Counted from the first letter of the stretch, positions 1-10,389 are shown. The stretch: 64,000 nt of DNA from Nitrospirota bacterium (GCA_963740085.1 CAVUCU010000004.1:608001-672000); one strand, 5' to 3'. Notes: generated by a model from the letters alone, not told the origin. Made by a program: numbers and translations.

Positions 1-44
1 CAGACTCAAGCAGGACCTACCTGTTACCCTGTTTATGTATCGGT

Positions 45-2042
45 CTACGGCGCTTCATCATGGATGAGCATCTCATCGGTTGAGACGCCGGTCTCATTGC
101 AATACTGTCTCGGTTCTGTTCCCGGTAGAAAGGCCTCCCGAATGGACTGCTTGCAGGTTTCCGTGCTCAGCAGACCGGTCCGGGGATCGATCTGCTTGAA
201 AAGAACGCCCTCGGGCGCTATAAAATCTTCGGGCGCCCGGTCGGCGAGCGCTTTTTTCATGAAATCGAGCCAGATAGGGAGGGCAGCGCGCGCTCCCGTT
301 TCCCGGGGACCGATGCTCGTCTGGTTGTCGTGTCCGACCCAGACCCCGGTTACCAGGCTTGGTGTATATCCGATGAACCAGGCATCGCGGTAGTCGTTCG
401 TGGTGCCCGTTTTGCCCGCCGCTGGCCTGCCGAGTTCCCGGGCCTTCCATCCCGTTCCCTGCTCGATCACTCCCCTGAGCAGATCGGTGGTGAGATATGC
501 AATCTCCGGTTTGATGGCCTGCGTGGGAAGCGCATCGTTGGAATAGAGCACACGACCGGTGCTGTCGGTGATCGTCAGGATGGATATCGGTCCCATCCTG
601 ATACCGTGATTGGCGAACACGGAGTAGACGGAGGTCAGTTCGGCAAGCGTCATGTCGGAACTGCCGAGAGCCAGCGATAAATAGGGGTTGAGAGTGCTTT
701 TGATGCCGAGTTTTCTCGCATACCGGATAGTCTCGTCAATGCCGATCTTTTCAAGCAACCTGATCGTCGGCACGTTCAACGACTGGATGAGCGCCTTTCG
801 AAGCGTTACCCTGCCCTGATAGGTCCGTGAAAAGTTCTCAGGCGACCAGTTATTGTTCCGGTCCAGCTTGATTGTGAGGGGTGAGTCGTCAAGCATATCG
901 GAAGAACCAAAACCACGGTCAAGGGCCGCAGCATAGATGACCGGTTTGAAAGCCGAGCCGGGCTGCCGAAGTGCCTGCCACGCACGATTGAACTGGCTTT
1001 GACTGAAGTCCCGTCCGCCGACCATGGCCCGGATGCGGCCGCTTGCAGGTTCGACGGCAAGAAGAGCAGCCTGGAGCGGAGACTTGACGTGACGTTTATG
1101 GCGGGACTCGATGCTCAGGATACCGGCCGCCACTGCCTGCTCTGCGTACTTCTGCAGATCATCGTTGATGCTCGTATAGATGTTCAGCCCGCCGGAATAG
1201 AGGATGCTCGATCCAAAACGCTCTTCCACTTTCTGACGGACGTATTCGACGAAATAGGGCGCCGATCCGCCGGCTTTGAGCGCTTTCTGGACCGGCAGAG
1301 GTTCTTTCTTCGCCTCCTCCGCCTGCTCCCTGGAGATGGCGCCGCTTGCGACCATCCGGTTCAGGACATAGGCGCGCCTTCCCAGGGCGCTTTGCGGTGA
1401 TTTGAAAGGGGAATAGTATTTCGGGGTCCGGGGAAGACCCGCGAGGAGAGCGCACTCGGCGATGTCAAGATCCTTGGCGTATTTTCCGAAATAGATCCGG
1501 GCAGCCGCTTCAACGCCGTAGGCGCCGCTGCCAAAATAGATCTGGTTCAGATAAAGCGAGAGGATCTCCTGCTTGGTGTAACGCTGCTCGATCCTGAGCG
1601 CGAGGATCATTTCCTTGAACTTGCGCGAATAACTTCGTTCGGGGGTCAGGAAGAGCACCTTTGCGAGCTGTTGCGTCAGGGTGCTGCCGCCCTCAAGCAC
1701 TTTCCGAGCCGTGATATTACGGTACATGGCCCGGGCGATTCCGCGCGGGTCAAGCCCGCGATGGCTGTAGAACCTGGTGTCCTCGGTGGCAATCAGTGCC
1801 TTGATCAGCATATCGGGTACGTCCGAAAAGACAACGGGAGTACGGTTCTCAAGGTAGAACTCAGCAAGCAGTTTGTTGTTGTCGGAATAGACGCGGGAGG
1901 TGATGCTCGGTTTGTATTGTTCGAGAAGATTGATCTCGGGCAGATCCCAAAGTGAAAAGATGATAAATCCTGCGCCCCCGCCGATGAGCGCCGCGAAGAG
2001 AACCAGTAACAGGATAAGGATGAGAGATCTGCTTTTTTGCAT
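45..2042 (-). CDS. mrcA: Penicillin-binding protein 1A (bifunctional transglycosylase/transpeptidase)
   Basis: N-terminal TM anchor; transglycosylase motifs EDxRFxxHxG, GGSTLTQQL, RKxxE, YLNQIYFG; transpeptidase SxxK (GSAFK), SxN (SLN), KTG. Start refined to ATG 2042 (MQKSRS). Confidence 0.93.
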   Translation of the reverse strand: MQKSRSLILILLLVLFAALIGGGAGFIIFSLWDLPEINLLEQYKPSITSRVYSDNNKLLAEFYLENRTPVVFSDVPDMLIKALIATEDTRFYSHRGLDPRGIARAMYRNITARKVLEGGSTLTQQLAKVLFLTPERSYSRKFKEMILALRIEQRYTKQEILSLYLNQIYFGSGAYGVEAAARIYFGKYAKDLDIAECALLAGLPRTPKYYSPFKSPQSALGRRAYVLNRMVASGAISREQAEEAKKEPLPVQKALKAGGSAPYFVEYVRQKVEERFGSSILYSGGLNIYTSINDDLQKYAEQAVAAGILSIESRHKRHVKSPLQAALLAVEPASGRIRAMVGGRDFSQSQFNRAWQALRQPGSAFKPVIYAAALDRGFGSSDMLDDSPLTIKLDRNNNWSPENFSRTYQGRVTLRKALIQSLNVPTIRLLEKIGIDETIRYARKLGIKSTLNPYLSLALGSSDMTLAELTSVYSVFANHGIRMGPISILTITDSTGRVLYSNDALPTQAIKPEIAYLTTDLLRGVIEQGTGWKARELGRPAAGKTGTTNDYRDAWFIGYTPSLVTGVWVGHDNQTSIGPRETGARAALPIWLDFMKKALADRAPEDFIAPEGVLFKQIDPRTGLLSTETCKQSIREAFLPGTEPRQYCNETGVSTDEMLIHDEAP

Positions 2043-2285
2043 GGTGCGCATTATAACTCTGGAGGCTGCAAAAAGCAAAGCCGATGAAGAAAAGATAATT
2101 CTCGAAACCGTTAACCCGCATGTCACGACGAAGATGAATTGAACGATGAAATTCGGTGTTTAAGCCGTGCTAATATTTTGAATTCGGCTTGACGGAACAG
2201 GCCAGGAAGTTGTCTTCTTCTCTTGAGTTTTGTCAGGCAAGATGCTATGATTCACCATCCCCGAGCGTGAACAAAGGAGGGAATT

Positions 2286-2816
2286 TTGCAAAAAGGACTG
2301 GTGATCGTTTTTACCGGTGAGGGCAAAGGAAAGTCGAGCGCAGCCCTGGGGATAACCCTTCGTGCTTACGGCCATAAAATGTCCGTATCCTTTGTGCAGT
2401 TCATAAAAAGCCCGTCTGACATCGGTGAGGCGCGGGCAGCCGAGCGGCTTGTACCCGAGATCGAATTTGTTTCGCTGGGCAAGGGCTTTGTAAACTGTTG
2501 CGGAAACACCACACCATTGGACGAACACAAAAGAGCGGCTACTGAAGCTTTGACAGCGGCTCGCCAGCGCATACATGCAGCTTCATGGGACATCGTGGTG
2601 CTCGACGAGATCAATAATGCGGTAAAACTCGACCTGGTAGACATCAAAGATGTCCTGGACCTTATCAGGAACAAACCGCCCGAGCTGCATTTGATCCTCA
2701 CCGGACGTGATGCGCATCCTGACATCATTGCTGCAGCCGACATGGTGACCGAAATGCGTGAACTCAAGCATCCCTATGATACAGGCGTACAGGCGCAAAA
2801 GGGGATCGACTATTAA
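2286..2816 (+). CDS. cobO: Cob(I)alamin/corrinoid adenosyltransferase (CobO/BtuR/CobA type)
   Basis: TGEGKGKSSAALG P-loop, VQFIK, LDEI, LTGR, KHPY, GIDY; TTG start with AGGAGG RBS. Confidence 0.9.
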   Translation: MQKGLVIVFTGEGKGKSSAALGITLRAYGHKMSVSFVQFIKSPSDIGEARAAERLVPEIEFVSLGKGFVNCCGNTTPLDEHKRAATEALTAARQRIHAASWDIVVLDEINNAVKLDLVDIKDVLDLIRNKPPELHLILTGRDAHPDIIAAADMVTEMRELKHPYDTGVQAQKGIDY

Positions 2817-2909
2817 AAGTCAACTAGTAAAAGTCAAATTGACTTTGAATTTTCACCATGTTAACATAATATCCACGCGGGTTCCGCGAACCCGGTGCAG
2901 TGCTACCTC

Positions 2910-3884
2910 ATGAAAACCTTTGCCGTTAATCTGACCATAGAACATGAAAAGTCACTGCCAAGTCTCTACGGAGACCTGGATAAGAATCTGAGGCTGATCG
3001 AGAACACCTACGGAGTGGTCCTGCACGCAAGAGGCAACAGGATCCAGATCGAGGGCGAGGAGAAGGCAGTCTCGAAAGTCGAGCACCTTATCACCCAGCT
3101 TGCCGACATGCTTGCGCAGGGCATCATTTGTCAGAAGGATGACGTCAGAGACGCAATCCAGGCATATTCTTCCGATTCATCCGCTGCCTTGAAGGACATT
3201 TTTCAGAAAGCGGTTCCTGTCTCGAGCAGAAAGCGCCCTGTTACGCCCAAGAACGAAACCCAGCGAAGGTACATAGAATCCATCAGGCAATACGATATCG
3301 TGTTCGGCATCGGGCCGGCGGGTACGGGCAAGACCTATCTCGCCATGGCCACGGCGGTTTCCGCGCTCCTGCGGAGGGAGGTGAGCAGGATTATCCTGGT
3401 GCGCCCGGCCGTTGAGGCCGGCGAAAAGCTCGGGTTCCTTCCCGGAGACCTTTACGAAAAGATCAATCCCTATCTGCGTCCATTATACGACGCACTTTAT
3501 GACATGATCGAATCGGAAAAAGCGAACAAGCTCGTCGAGCGGGGGGACATTGAGATAGCCCCCCTGGCGTTCATGCGCGGACGAACGTTGAACGACTCCT
3601 TCATCATTCTGGATGAGGCACAGAACACGACCTCTGAACAGATGAAAATGTTCCTTACCCGCCTTGGCTTTAATTCTAAAACCGTTATCACGGGCGATAT
3701 CACCCAGGTCGACCTCCCGAGCGGCAGAGGATCGGGTCTCATCGAGGTGCAGAAAATCCTCGAGGGTATTGAAGATATACGGTTCGTCTATTTTACGAAT
3801 AAAGATGTGGTCCGCCACAAGCTGGTGCAGCAGATCATCAAGGCATACGAGCATTATGAGGCTGCGGATGATCAGCAACGATAA
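2910..3884 (+). CDS. phoH: PhoH-family ATPase (YbeZ-like)
   Basis: GPAGTGKTYLA, RPAVEAGE, LGFLPGD, APLAFMRGRT, DEAQN, GDITQVDLP. Confidence 0.93.
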   Translation: MKTFAVNLTIEHEKSLPSLYGDLDKNLRLIENTYGVVLHARGNRIQIEGEEKAVSKVEHLITQLADMLAQGIICQKDDVRDAIQAYSSDSSAALKDIFQKAVPVSSRKRPVTPKNETQRRYIESIRQYDIVFGIGPAGTGKTYLAMATAVSALLRREVSRIILVRPAVEAGEKLGFLPGDLYEKINPYLRPLYDALYDMIESEKANKLVERGDIEIAPLAFMRGRTLNDSFIILDEAQNTTSEQMKMFLTRLGFNSKTVITGDITQVDLPSGRGSGLIEVQKILEGIEDIRFVYFTNKDVVRHKLVQQIIKAYEHYEAADDQQR

Positions 3885-5652
3885 ATCAGCGGCGAAACTC
3901 CTGACCAAGGACCAGGAACCCGACCATGACGAGTCCCCCGCGGGGATCCCTTTATCCATACGGATCGTTACGTCAGCCATCGCCCTTGTAACGGCGCTCA
4001 TTCTCGCCTTTGTGCTGCTCCCCCGGATGCCGCTGCTGGAACTGGGTGAGACCGCCGACCATGATATCGTTGCGCCCTATACTCTTTCTATAGAATACCC
4101 CGGTCCTGACCAAACAATATCGCTCCAGGTGAATAAGGGAGAGCTGATCGTCGGATCAGGACAACAGGTGACGGAACGTGCGGAACGCGTGCTCCGGGAA
4201 ATAGCCCACCGGGAAGGCATCGGCAACCGACTCTCTGCATACCTCGGTCTGTGCATGCTCATCCTTGCAGTTCTCTACCTGTTCTACCGCGACATCAAGC
4301 GGTATCGGCCTGCGCTCATTTCAGAATGGAAAAAGATCGTGTTGTTGGTCTGCCTGCTGCTCATGACGATCATCCTGTCGCAGTCAGGGAAATATGTGCT
4401 GTCGCTCCTGGCGGACAGGCTGCATCTCGATATCATGACGATCGGCTTCGTGCTTCCCGTGGCTTCAGGCGCCATGCTGACGAGCCTGCTGCTTGACTTT
4501 CATCTCGCCCTTGGTTTCTCGTTCGTCGTCAGCATCCTCCTCGGCATCCTGTACCCGGGGGAACCATTCATCCCGATCTATTACTTCCTCGGCAGCATCG
4601 TGGCGGCACTCAGCGTGATCCGGTGCAAGAAGCGGACAGCCCTGCTGAAGGCGGGAGGGATGACGGCGCTCATCAATCTGCTGGCCATCATCGGCATCGA
4701 CCTGTACCGGGGGGAGCTCTGGAACCGTGGTGCCTATGACCTTGCGGCGGGCATAGTCTGCGCAGTCGCCGTATCAACGGTCGTTTCGGTGTTGCTGCCG
4801 TTCTTTGAAACGGTGTTCGACATCGCGACGGACATCAAGTTATTGGAATTCCTGGACCCCAACCAGCCGCTTCTCAAAGAGCTGGTGTACAAGAGTCCGG
4901 GGACCTACTACCACAGTATTCTTATCGGGAACCTGGCCGAGGCTGCTGCCGAGGCCATCGGTGAGAACGCCATCCTTGCGCGGGTCGGCGCGTACTACCA
5001 TGATGTTGGGAAGACGCATAAGGCCGAGTATTTTATCGAGAACCAGCGGCCAACGGAGAACAAACACGACCGCCTCATGCCATCGATGAGCAGCCTGATC
5101 ATCGCTTCCCACGTCAAGGAAGGGATGGAGGTCGCGCGCGCGCACCGGATTCCGTCACAGATCGTCGATATCATTCAGCAGCACCATGGCACATCGCTGA
5201 TCACGTATTTCTATCAGAAGGCAAGAGAGCTTCAGCCCTTCACGCCTATCGCCGAGGAGGACTACCGTTATCCCGGGCCCCGTCCACGGACAAAAGTGGC
5301 CGCCATCGTCATGTTGGCCGACTCGGTCGAAGCCGCATCGCGGACCCTGGACAACCCGACACCCGATCGGATCCAGATGCTCACCAGCAGTGTCATCACC
5401 CGCTTCTACCTCGATGATCAGCTGAGCATGTGCGACCTGACGCTCAAGGATCTGCGGGTCATATCCAGGAGTTTTAATCGCGTCCTGACCGGCATCTTTC
5501 ATCACCGTATCGACTATCCCGGCATGGATTTCAGCGGAGAAAAGAAACAGAATGAACATCAGGATAACAAACAAACTGAGAAAAAGAAGGCTGCCGACAC
5601 CGTTTCTCAAGACAAGGCTCGAGAAGCTGCTCCGGAGCCTCGGTCTTCCTGA
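3868..5652 (+). CDS. 7TM-HD (HDIG) phosphohydrolase, PgpH-like cyclic-dinucleotide phosphodiesterase
   Basis: Multiple TM helices then PGTYYHS, YYHDVGK, YFIENQ, HHGT, YRYPGP, MLADSVEAA; conserved phoH-HD-ybeY-dgkA order. Start refined to ATG 3868. Confidence 0.85.
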   Translation: MISNDKSAAKLLTKDQEPDHDESPAGIPLSIRIVTSAIALVTALILAFVLLPRMPLLELGETADHDIVAPYTLSIEYPGPDQTISLQVNKGELIVGSGQQVTERAERVLREIAHREGIGNRLSAYLGLCMLILAVLYLFYRDIKRYRPALISEWKKIVLLVCLLLMTIILSQSGKYVLSLLADRLHLDIMTIGFVLPVASGAMLTSLLLDFHLALGFSFVVSILLGILYPGEPFIPIYYFLGSIVAALSVIRCKKRTALLKAGGMTALINLLAIIGIDLYRGELWNRGAYDLAAGIVCAVAVSTVVSVLLPFFETVFDIATDIKLLEFLDPNQPLLKELVYKSPGTYYHSILIGNLAEAAAEAIGENAILARVGAYYHDVGKTHKAEYFIENQRPTENKHDRLMPSMSSLIIASHVKEGMEVARAHRIPSQIVDIIQQHHGTSLITYFYQKARELQPFTPIAEEDYRYPGPRPRTKVAAIVMLADSVEAASRTLDNPTPDRIQMLTSSVITRFYLDDQLSMCDLTLKDLRVISRSFNRVLTGIFHHRIDYPGMDFSGEKKQNEHQDNKQTEKKKAADTVSQDKAREAAPEPRSS

Positions 5653-5989
5653 CGCCGAGTTGAGCGTTCTGTTCATCGGCGACCGGGCCATGCGCACGCT
5701 CAATCGCGCTTGGCGTAACAAGGACAAGCCCACTGACGTCCTGTCGTTCTCGCTGCGTGAGGGTCGCTTCCTCCATATTCAGCCTGACATGCTCGGCGAT
5801 ATTGTGATCTCCGTTCCGGTTGCAGCGCGCCAGGCGGATGAGGCAGGTCACTCTCTTGCCATTGAACTCGAACGACTGCTTGTTCATGGCCTGGTCCATT
5901 TGCTCGGCTACGATCATGAGAAAGGCATCAGGGAGGCCCGCGGAATGGAACGCAAGGAACGGCAGCTCCTGAAGAAGCTTGCCGAATGA
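5552..5989 (+). CDS. ybeY: rRNA maturation endoribonuclease YbeY
   Basis: DKPTDVLSF, LGDIVIS, HGLVHLLGYDH (H3xH5xH). Confidence 0.93.
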   Translation: MNIRITNKLRKRRLPTPFLKTRLEKLLRSLGLPDAELSVLFIGDRAMRTLNRAWRNKDKPTDVLSFSLREGRFLHIQPDMLGDIVISVPVAARQADEAGHSLAIELERLLVHGLVHLLGYDHEKGIREARGMERKERQLLKKLAE

Positions 5990-6687
5990 AACCGAAGAAC
6001 TGGATACAGCGTGCCAACGTGGCGATCGAAGGGGTCATTCTTGCCGTCAAGACCCAGCGGCATATGCGCTACCATCTTTTTGCGGCGCTGTCGGCGCTGA
6101 TCCTTGGCCTTGTCCTGAACATTTCTCGAACTGATTTTATTCTGCTGTGCATGGCGATCGTGCTTGTTTTGGTCACCGAGATGCTGAACACCGCCATCGA
6201 GACGACGGTGGACATGATCTCCGAAGAATATCATCCCAAGGCGAAGAACGCCAAGGACATCGCCGCCGGCGTCGTGCTCATTGCCTCCATAGGGTCCTTA
6301 ATGCTCGCATATCTGATCCTGTACCCCGCGTTCAAAGAAGCCGTCATGGCGGGACACTGGCAAATGCGAAAGGCGCCGAGCGACGTTGTGGCTTTCGTTG
6401 CCCTTGCCGTTGTCATCATTTTGGTTATAATTTTCAAGGCCTTCCTCGGTAAGGGTGAGCCACTCCATGGCGGAATGCCGAGCGGTCATGCCGCAGTGTC
6501 CTTTTCCGTCTGGACTGCTGCGCTGTACCTTTCCGATTCGGTTCCGATCATTCTCCTGACCTTCCTGCTTGCCGTCATGGTGAGCTGGAGCAGATGGTCA
6601 TCGGGCATTCACCGGCCGATTGAGGTAATTGCCGGCGCAATGCTCGGTTTCGTGGTGACCTTTCTATTTTTCCGGCTGTTCACTTGA
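5986..6687 (+). CDS. dgkA: Diacylglycerol/undecaprenol kinase fused to a C-terminal PAP2 domain
   Basis: EMLNTAIE..VD, AKDIAAG kinase motifs; MPSGHA and SR..GIH PAP2 motifs; ATGA overlap with ybeY. Confidence 0.85.
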   Translation: MKPKNWIQRANVAIEGVILAVKTQRHMRYHLFAALSALILGLVLNISRTDFILLCMAIVLVLVTEMLNTAIETTVDMISEEYHPKAKNAKDIAAGVVLIASIGSLMLAYLILYPAFKEAVMAGHWQMRKAPSDVVAFVALAVVIILVIIFKAFLGKGEPLHGGMPSGHAAVSFSVWTAALYLSDSVPIILLTFLLAVMVSWSRWSSGIHRPIEVIAGAMLGFVVTFLFFRLFT

Positions 6688-6747
6688 TACGCGTGAATCC
6701 GCAGCAATTCGCGACGAATCCCGTTTATGTTTATCTCAGGAGGACAC

Positions 6748-7101
6748 TTGATCAAGCGTATACTGGACGACCTGGTAGCGGAGGGTAACGAGGTCCAGGC
6801 TGCGATCTTTCTGGATGGAGAAGGGGAGACCATTGGACAATCAGGAGACCTCGATATTGACATACAGCTGATCGGGGCGTGGAAAGAGATCCATCTCGAC
6901 CAGATCAAGGACATCAGCAAACGACTGAAGTTCGGAAAGGTGCACGCGGTATTGTTCTCGCTGGACAAGGGGCAGGAGCTGGTGGTCCCGGTAGCGGATG
7001 AGTATTGTTTGGTGCTTTTCCTGCCGGTTTACGCCAATTTCCGGATCGCCTTGATCAAGGCCAGGAGTACCGTTGAACGGTTGACAAAAGACATCAGCTG
7101 A
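6748..7101 (+). CDS. Roadblock/LC7 (MglB-like) domain protein
   Basis: Size and pattern (AAIFLDGEGETI ... EYCLVLFL) typical of roadblock proteins; AGGAGG RBS before TTG 6748. Confidence 0.65.
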   Translation: MIKRILDDLVAEGNEVQAAIFLDGEGETIGQSGDLDIDIQLIGAWKEIHLDQIKDISKRLKFGKVHAVLFSLDKGQELVVPVADEYCLVLFLPVYANFRIALIKARSTVERLTKDIS

Positions 7102-7118
7102 AACCGCCGAAAGCACTG

Positions 7119-8078
7119 CTACAATTGATCGTACATCCCTAATTTTCTGAACTTCTCATATCTTCGCTTCACGAGTTCGTCCGACGGCGTATTCTTGATC
7201 TCCGCAAGGTTCCTGGTAACGGCTTCTTTGAGCAATTCCGCGGCCCTTCGCGCGTCACGGTGCGCCCCGCCGATCGGCTCCTCCACAACTTCATCGATCA
7301 CTTTCATATGGAAGAGGTCCTGCGCCGTGATCTTGAGCAGTTCAGCGGCCTCGCTCGCCTTTGCGCCATTGTTCCAGAGGATGGTGGCACACCCTTCGGG
7401 GGAGATGACAGAATAGGTGGCGTGTTCAAGCATGAGCACGCGATCGGCAACTCCCAGGGCGAGCGCTCCGCCGCTCCCGCCTTCGCCGATCACCACCGCG
7501 ACTATGGGGACCTTGAGCAGGGACATGACAGAGAGGTTACGGGCGATGGACTCTCCCTGGCCCCGTTCTTCCGCGCCAATGCCGGGATAGGCGCCCTGGG
7601 TATCGATGAACGTGACGATGGGTTTATTGAACTTCTCTGCGAAGCGCATCAGGCGCAATGCCTTGCGATAGCCCTCTGGATTCGGCTGTCCGAAGTTGCG
7701 GCGCACCCGTTCCTTGAGAGTCCTGCCTTTCTGGTGGCCGATGATCACGATCGGCATCCCGTCCAGTTTTGCCATGCCGCAGACAATGGCCGGATCGTCG
7801 GCAAAACTGCGGTCACCGTGCATCTCCGTGAAATCGGTGAGCATGGCCTCGATGTAGTCAAGGGTATATGGGCGGTTCGTGTGGCGCGAGATCTGAACCT
7901 TCTGCCATGGTGATAGCCGCGAATAGATCTCGGCCAGCAGCTGATCGGATTTTTTCTGGAGCTTAAGGATCTCCTCTTCGAGGTCGATGTTCCCGTTCGA
8001 CGTGAAGAGCGTCAGCTCCTCGATCTTTTTTTCCAGTTCCGCGATCGGTTTTTCAAACTCCAGATATTCAGCCGGCAA
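7119..8078 (-). CDS. accA: Acetyl-CoA carboxylase carboxyltransferase subunit alpha
   Basis: YLEFEKPI, HGDR, PEGYRKALR, GAEERGQ, GEGGSGGALA, YSVISPEG. Start refined to TTG 8078 after AAGGAG. Confidence 0.95.
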   Translation of the reverse strand: MPAEYLEFEKPIAELEKKIEELTLFTSNGNIDLEEEILKLQKKSDQLLAEIYSRLSPWQKVQISRHTNRPYTLDYIEAMLTDFTEMHGDRSFADDPAIVCGMAKLDGMPIVIIGHQKGRTLKERVRRNFGQPNPEGYRKALRLMRFAEKFNKPIVTFIDTQGAYPGIGAEERGQGESIARNLSVMSLLKVPIVAVVIGEGGSGGALALGVADRVLMLEHATYSVISPEGCATILWNNGAKASEAAELLKITAQDLFHMKVIDEVVEEPIGGAHRDARRAAELLKEAVTRNLAEIKNTPSDELVKRRYEKFRKLGMYDQL

Positions 8079-8346
8079 ATCCCGCTCCTTAGAATCCCCT
8101 CGATGACTCAAAAACACATATGCCGCTCATGATGACGCGGCAGATATAATTATTTCACATTAATTGCAACTTATTATCGGATATTAAAGGGGCATTGTCA
8201 AGGGTTTGTTCATAAGACGCGATACCAGTGGAGGAAACGGTCGTTCAGAAGGCGAGAACCGGATACGGTACACGCTTTCTTGCCTGGTAGTATCGGTATT
8301 AGTGGGAAATCGCGTACTACTTGAACTTTACGACTTTTACTTGGGG

Positions 8347-8375
8347 TTGACAAAAGACCACAAAAATAACATAAT
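8347..8375 (+). promoter_or_regulatory. Sigma70-type promoter for REC-PilZ gene
   Basis: TTGACA-N17-CATAAT. Confidence 0.6.
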
Positions 8376-8443
8376 GCTGCGTAAACCGTCTTTTAGTGAC
8401 CTCAGCGGAAGCTGATATTGGAACCGTCAACCAGGAAGGGGAC

Positions 8444-9190
8444 ATGACTAAATCCAGCATAACGAATACCGAAGGGCGTAAAAGCCGCTTCCTTCTCGTG
8501 GTGGACAGCAACGCAAATGATCTTATCTATGTCTCCATGCTCCTGCAACGATTTGAATACAATATCTGTACTGCCAAGACAGGGGTGGAAGCCGTTGAAC
8601 TGTCGTCCGTCTCTGTCCCCTCCCTTATTATCGCCGATATGGACCTCTCTGACATGAAGGGACTCGAACTGATCAAGAGGCTCAAACGAGAGCAGCGTAC
8701 GGCAAACATCCGGGTCATCGTCAAGATTGTGAAACACACATCTGAGAAGGAAAGACTCTGCGTTCTGGCGGGGGCCTTCGCCTGCATACGAAATCCGGTC
8801 CAAGCCGAGGATCTTTATCGTGCTGTTCAGGCAGCCATCGAGTCCACGCCTCGCAAGACCATCCGCATTCCCACGCACTTGCCGGTGTCCGTGAACAACG
8901 TGCAGCTTGATACTGGTGAAGGCGAATTTGTCTCGGTCCTGTCTGAAAATGGCATGTTCATCCGGACGCTAAAACCATATCAACCCAAATCATCGGTCAA
9001 CGTGCAGATCACGATAAAGGACCACAGCATCAAACTCGAGTCCGTGGTCCTTTACTGTCACAAATTCGAAGAGGGGCTCTATAGAGAGCCCGGCATGGGT
9101 CTTCAATTTACCCGCATCGCATTTCGAGACCAGTCGATAATCCAGCAATTTATCATTGAAGAGATCAATCGAGGTATCAAGGCTCTCTAA
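8444..9190 (+). CDS. Atypical receiver (REC) domain + PilZ domain protein
   Basis: REC fold (LLVVDS..IIADMDL..GLELI) and RKTIR/VLSENG..PGMGLQF PilZ-like C-terminus. Confidence 0.8.
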   Translation: MTKSSITNTEGRKSRFLLVVDSNANDLIYVSMLLQRFEYNICTAKTGVEAVELSSVSVPSLIIADMDLSDMKGLELIKRLKREQRTANIRVIVKIVKHTSEKERLCVLAGAFACIRNPVQAEDLYRAVQAAIESTPRKTIRIPTHLPVSVNNVQLDTGEGEFVSVLSENGMFIRTLKPYQPKSSVNVQITIKDHSIKLESVVLYCHKFEEGLYREPGMGLQFTRIAFRDQSIIQQFIIEEINRGIKAL

Positions 9191-9377
9191 GGGATCAACC
9201 GCCGAGAAGTACGTAAAATTCAACGTTAGTTAAGGCTTTTAAAGAACACGGGGCACTACTGAGAGGCCTCTCTGCTCAAGGTTGCACAGCTTCACAATGG
9301 TCCCTTGAAGTGTACACATGACTTATGATAAGATGTATCATTAATCTCAATTCTGACATCAGGAGGATATAAATCGT

Positions 9378-10376
9378 ATGGATAAGGTATCTTACAAGGA
9401 TATCGGTCTGGTCACGACTACAGAGATGTTCGCCAAGGCAATGAAGGGCAGGTACGCGATCCCGGCGTATAATTTCAATAACATGGAGCAGCTTCAGGCC
9501 ATTGTCATGGGATGTGTTGAATCGAAATCACCGTTCATCCTGCAAGTCTCGAGCGGTGCCCGGAAATATGCGAACCAGACCCTCCTGCGTTTCCTGGCCA
9601 TGGGAGCGGTCGGGATGATCAAAGACGCCAATTCACCAGTGAAGTTCTCTCTCCACCTGGACCACGGTGATACCTTCGAGCTTTGCAAATCGTGCATCGA
9701 CTCGGGATTCTCCTCGGTCATGATCGACGGGTCCCATCATTCATACGATGATAACGTGAAGTTGACCAGACAGGTGGTCGAATACGCACACGCCAACAAC
9801 GTTGTTGTGGAGGGAGAACTGGGCCAACTGGCAGGTATTGAGGACGCGGTCTCGGCTGAGAAGTCCACCTATACGAAACCCGAAGAGGTCGAGGACTTTG
9901 TGAAAAAAACGAACGTCGATTCCCTGGCCATCTCTATCGGTACATCCCACGGCGCCATGAAGTTCAAACCTGCCCAGTGTACGCGTGACTCGCGGGGGGT
10001 ACTGGTTCCGCCGCCGTTGAGGTTCGACATCCTCGAAGAGATCGAGAAGCGGATCCCGGGCTTCCCCATCGTACTGCACGGGGCCTCTTCGGTGATCCCC
10101 GAGTACGTCGAGATCATCAACAAGAACGGCGGGGCACTCAAGGACGCTGTAGGCATCCCCGAGGAACAGCTCAGGAAGGCTGCGCGAAGCGCCGTCTGCA
10201 AGGTCAACATTGACAGTGACGGCCGCCTCGCTATGACGGCGCTGATCCGGAAAACCCTGACCGAAAAGCCCGCGGAGTTCGATCCGAGAAAATACCTCGG
10301 CCCGGCACGTGACGAACTGATCAAGATGATCATCCATAAGAACAAAGAAGTGCTCGGCTCGGCGGGACAGGCCTAG
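9378..10376 (+). CDS. fba: Class II fructose-bisphosphate aldolase
   Basis: HLDHG, SVMIDGSH, VEGELG, GTSHGA, LHGAS, KVNIDSD, FDPRKYL; AGGAGG RBS. Confidence 0.95.
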   Translation: MDKVSYKDIGLVTTTEMFAKAMKGRYAIPAYNFNNMEQLQAIVMGCVESKSPFILQVSSGARKYANQTLLRFLAMGAVGMIKDANSPVKFSLHLDHGDTFELCKSCIDSGFSSVMIDGSHHSYDDNVKLTRQVVEYAHANNVVVEGELGQLAGIEDAVSAEKSTYTKPEEVEDFVKKTNVDSLAISIGTSHGAMKFKPAQCTRDSRGVLVPPPLRFDILEEIEKRIPGFPIVLHGASSVIPEYVEIINKNGGALKDAVGIPEEQLRKAARSAVCKVNIDSDGRLAMTALIRKTLTEKPAEFDPRKYLGPARDELIKMIIHKNKEVLGSAGQA

Positions 10377-10389
10377 AAGCAGGCCGTTG

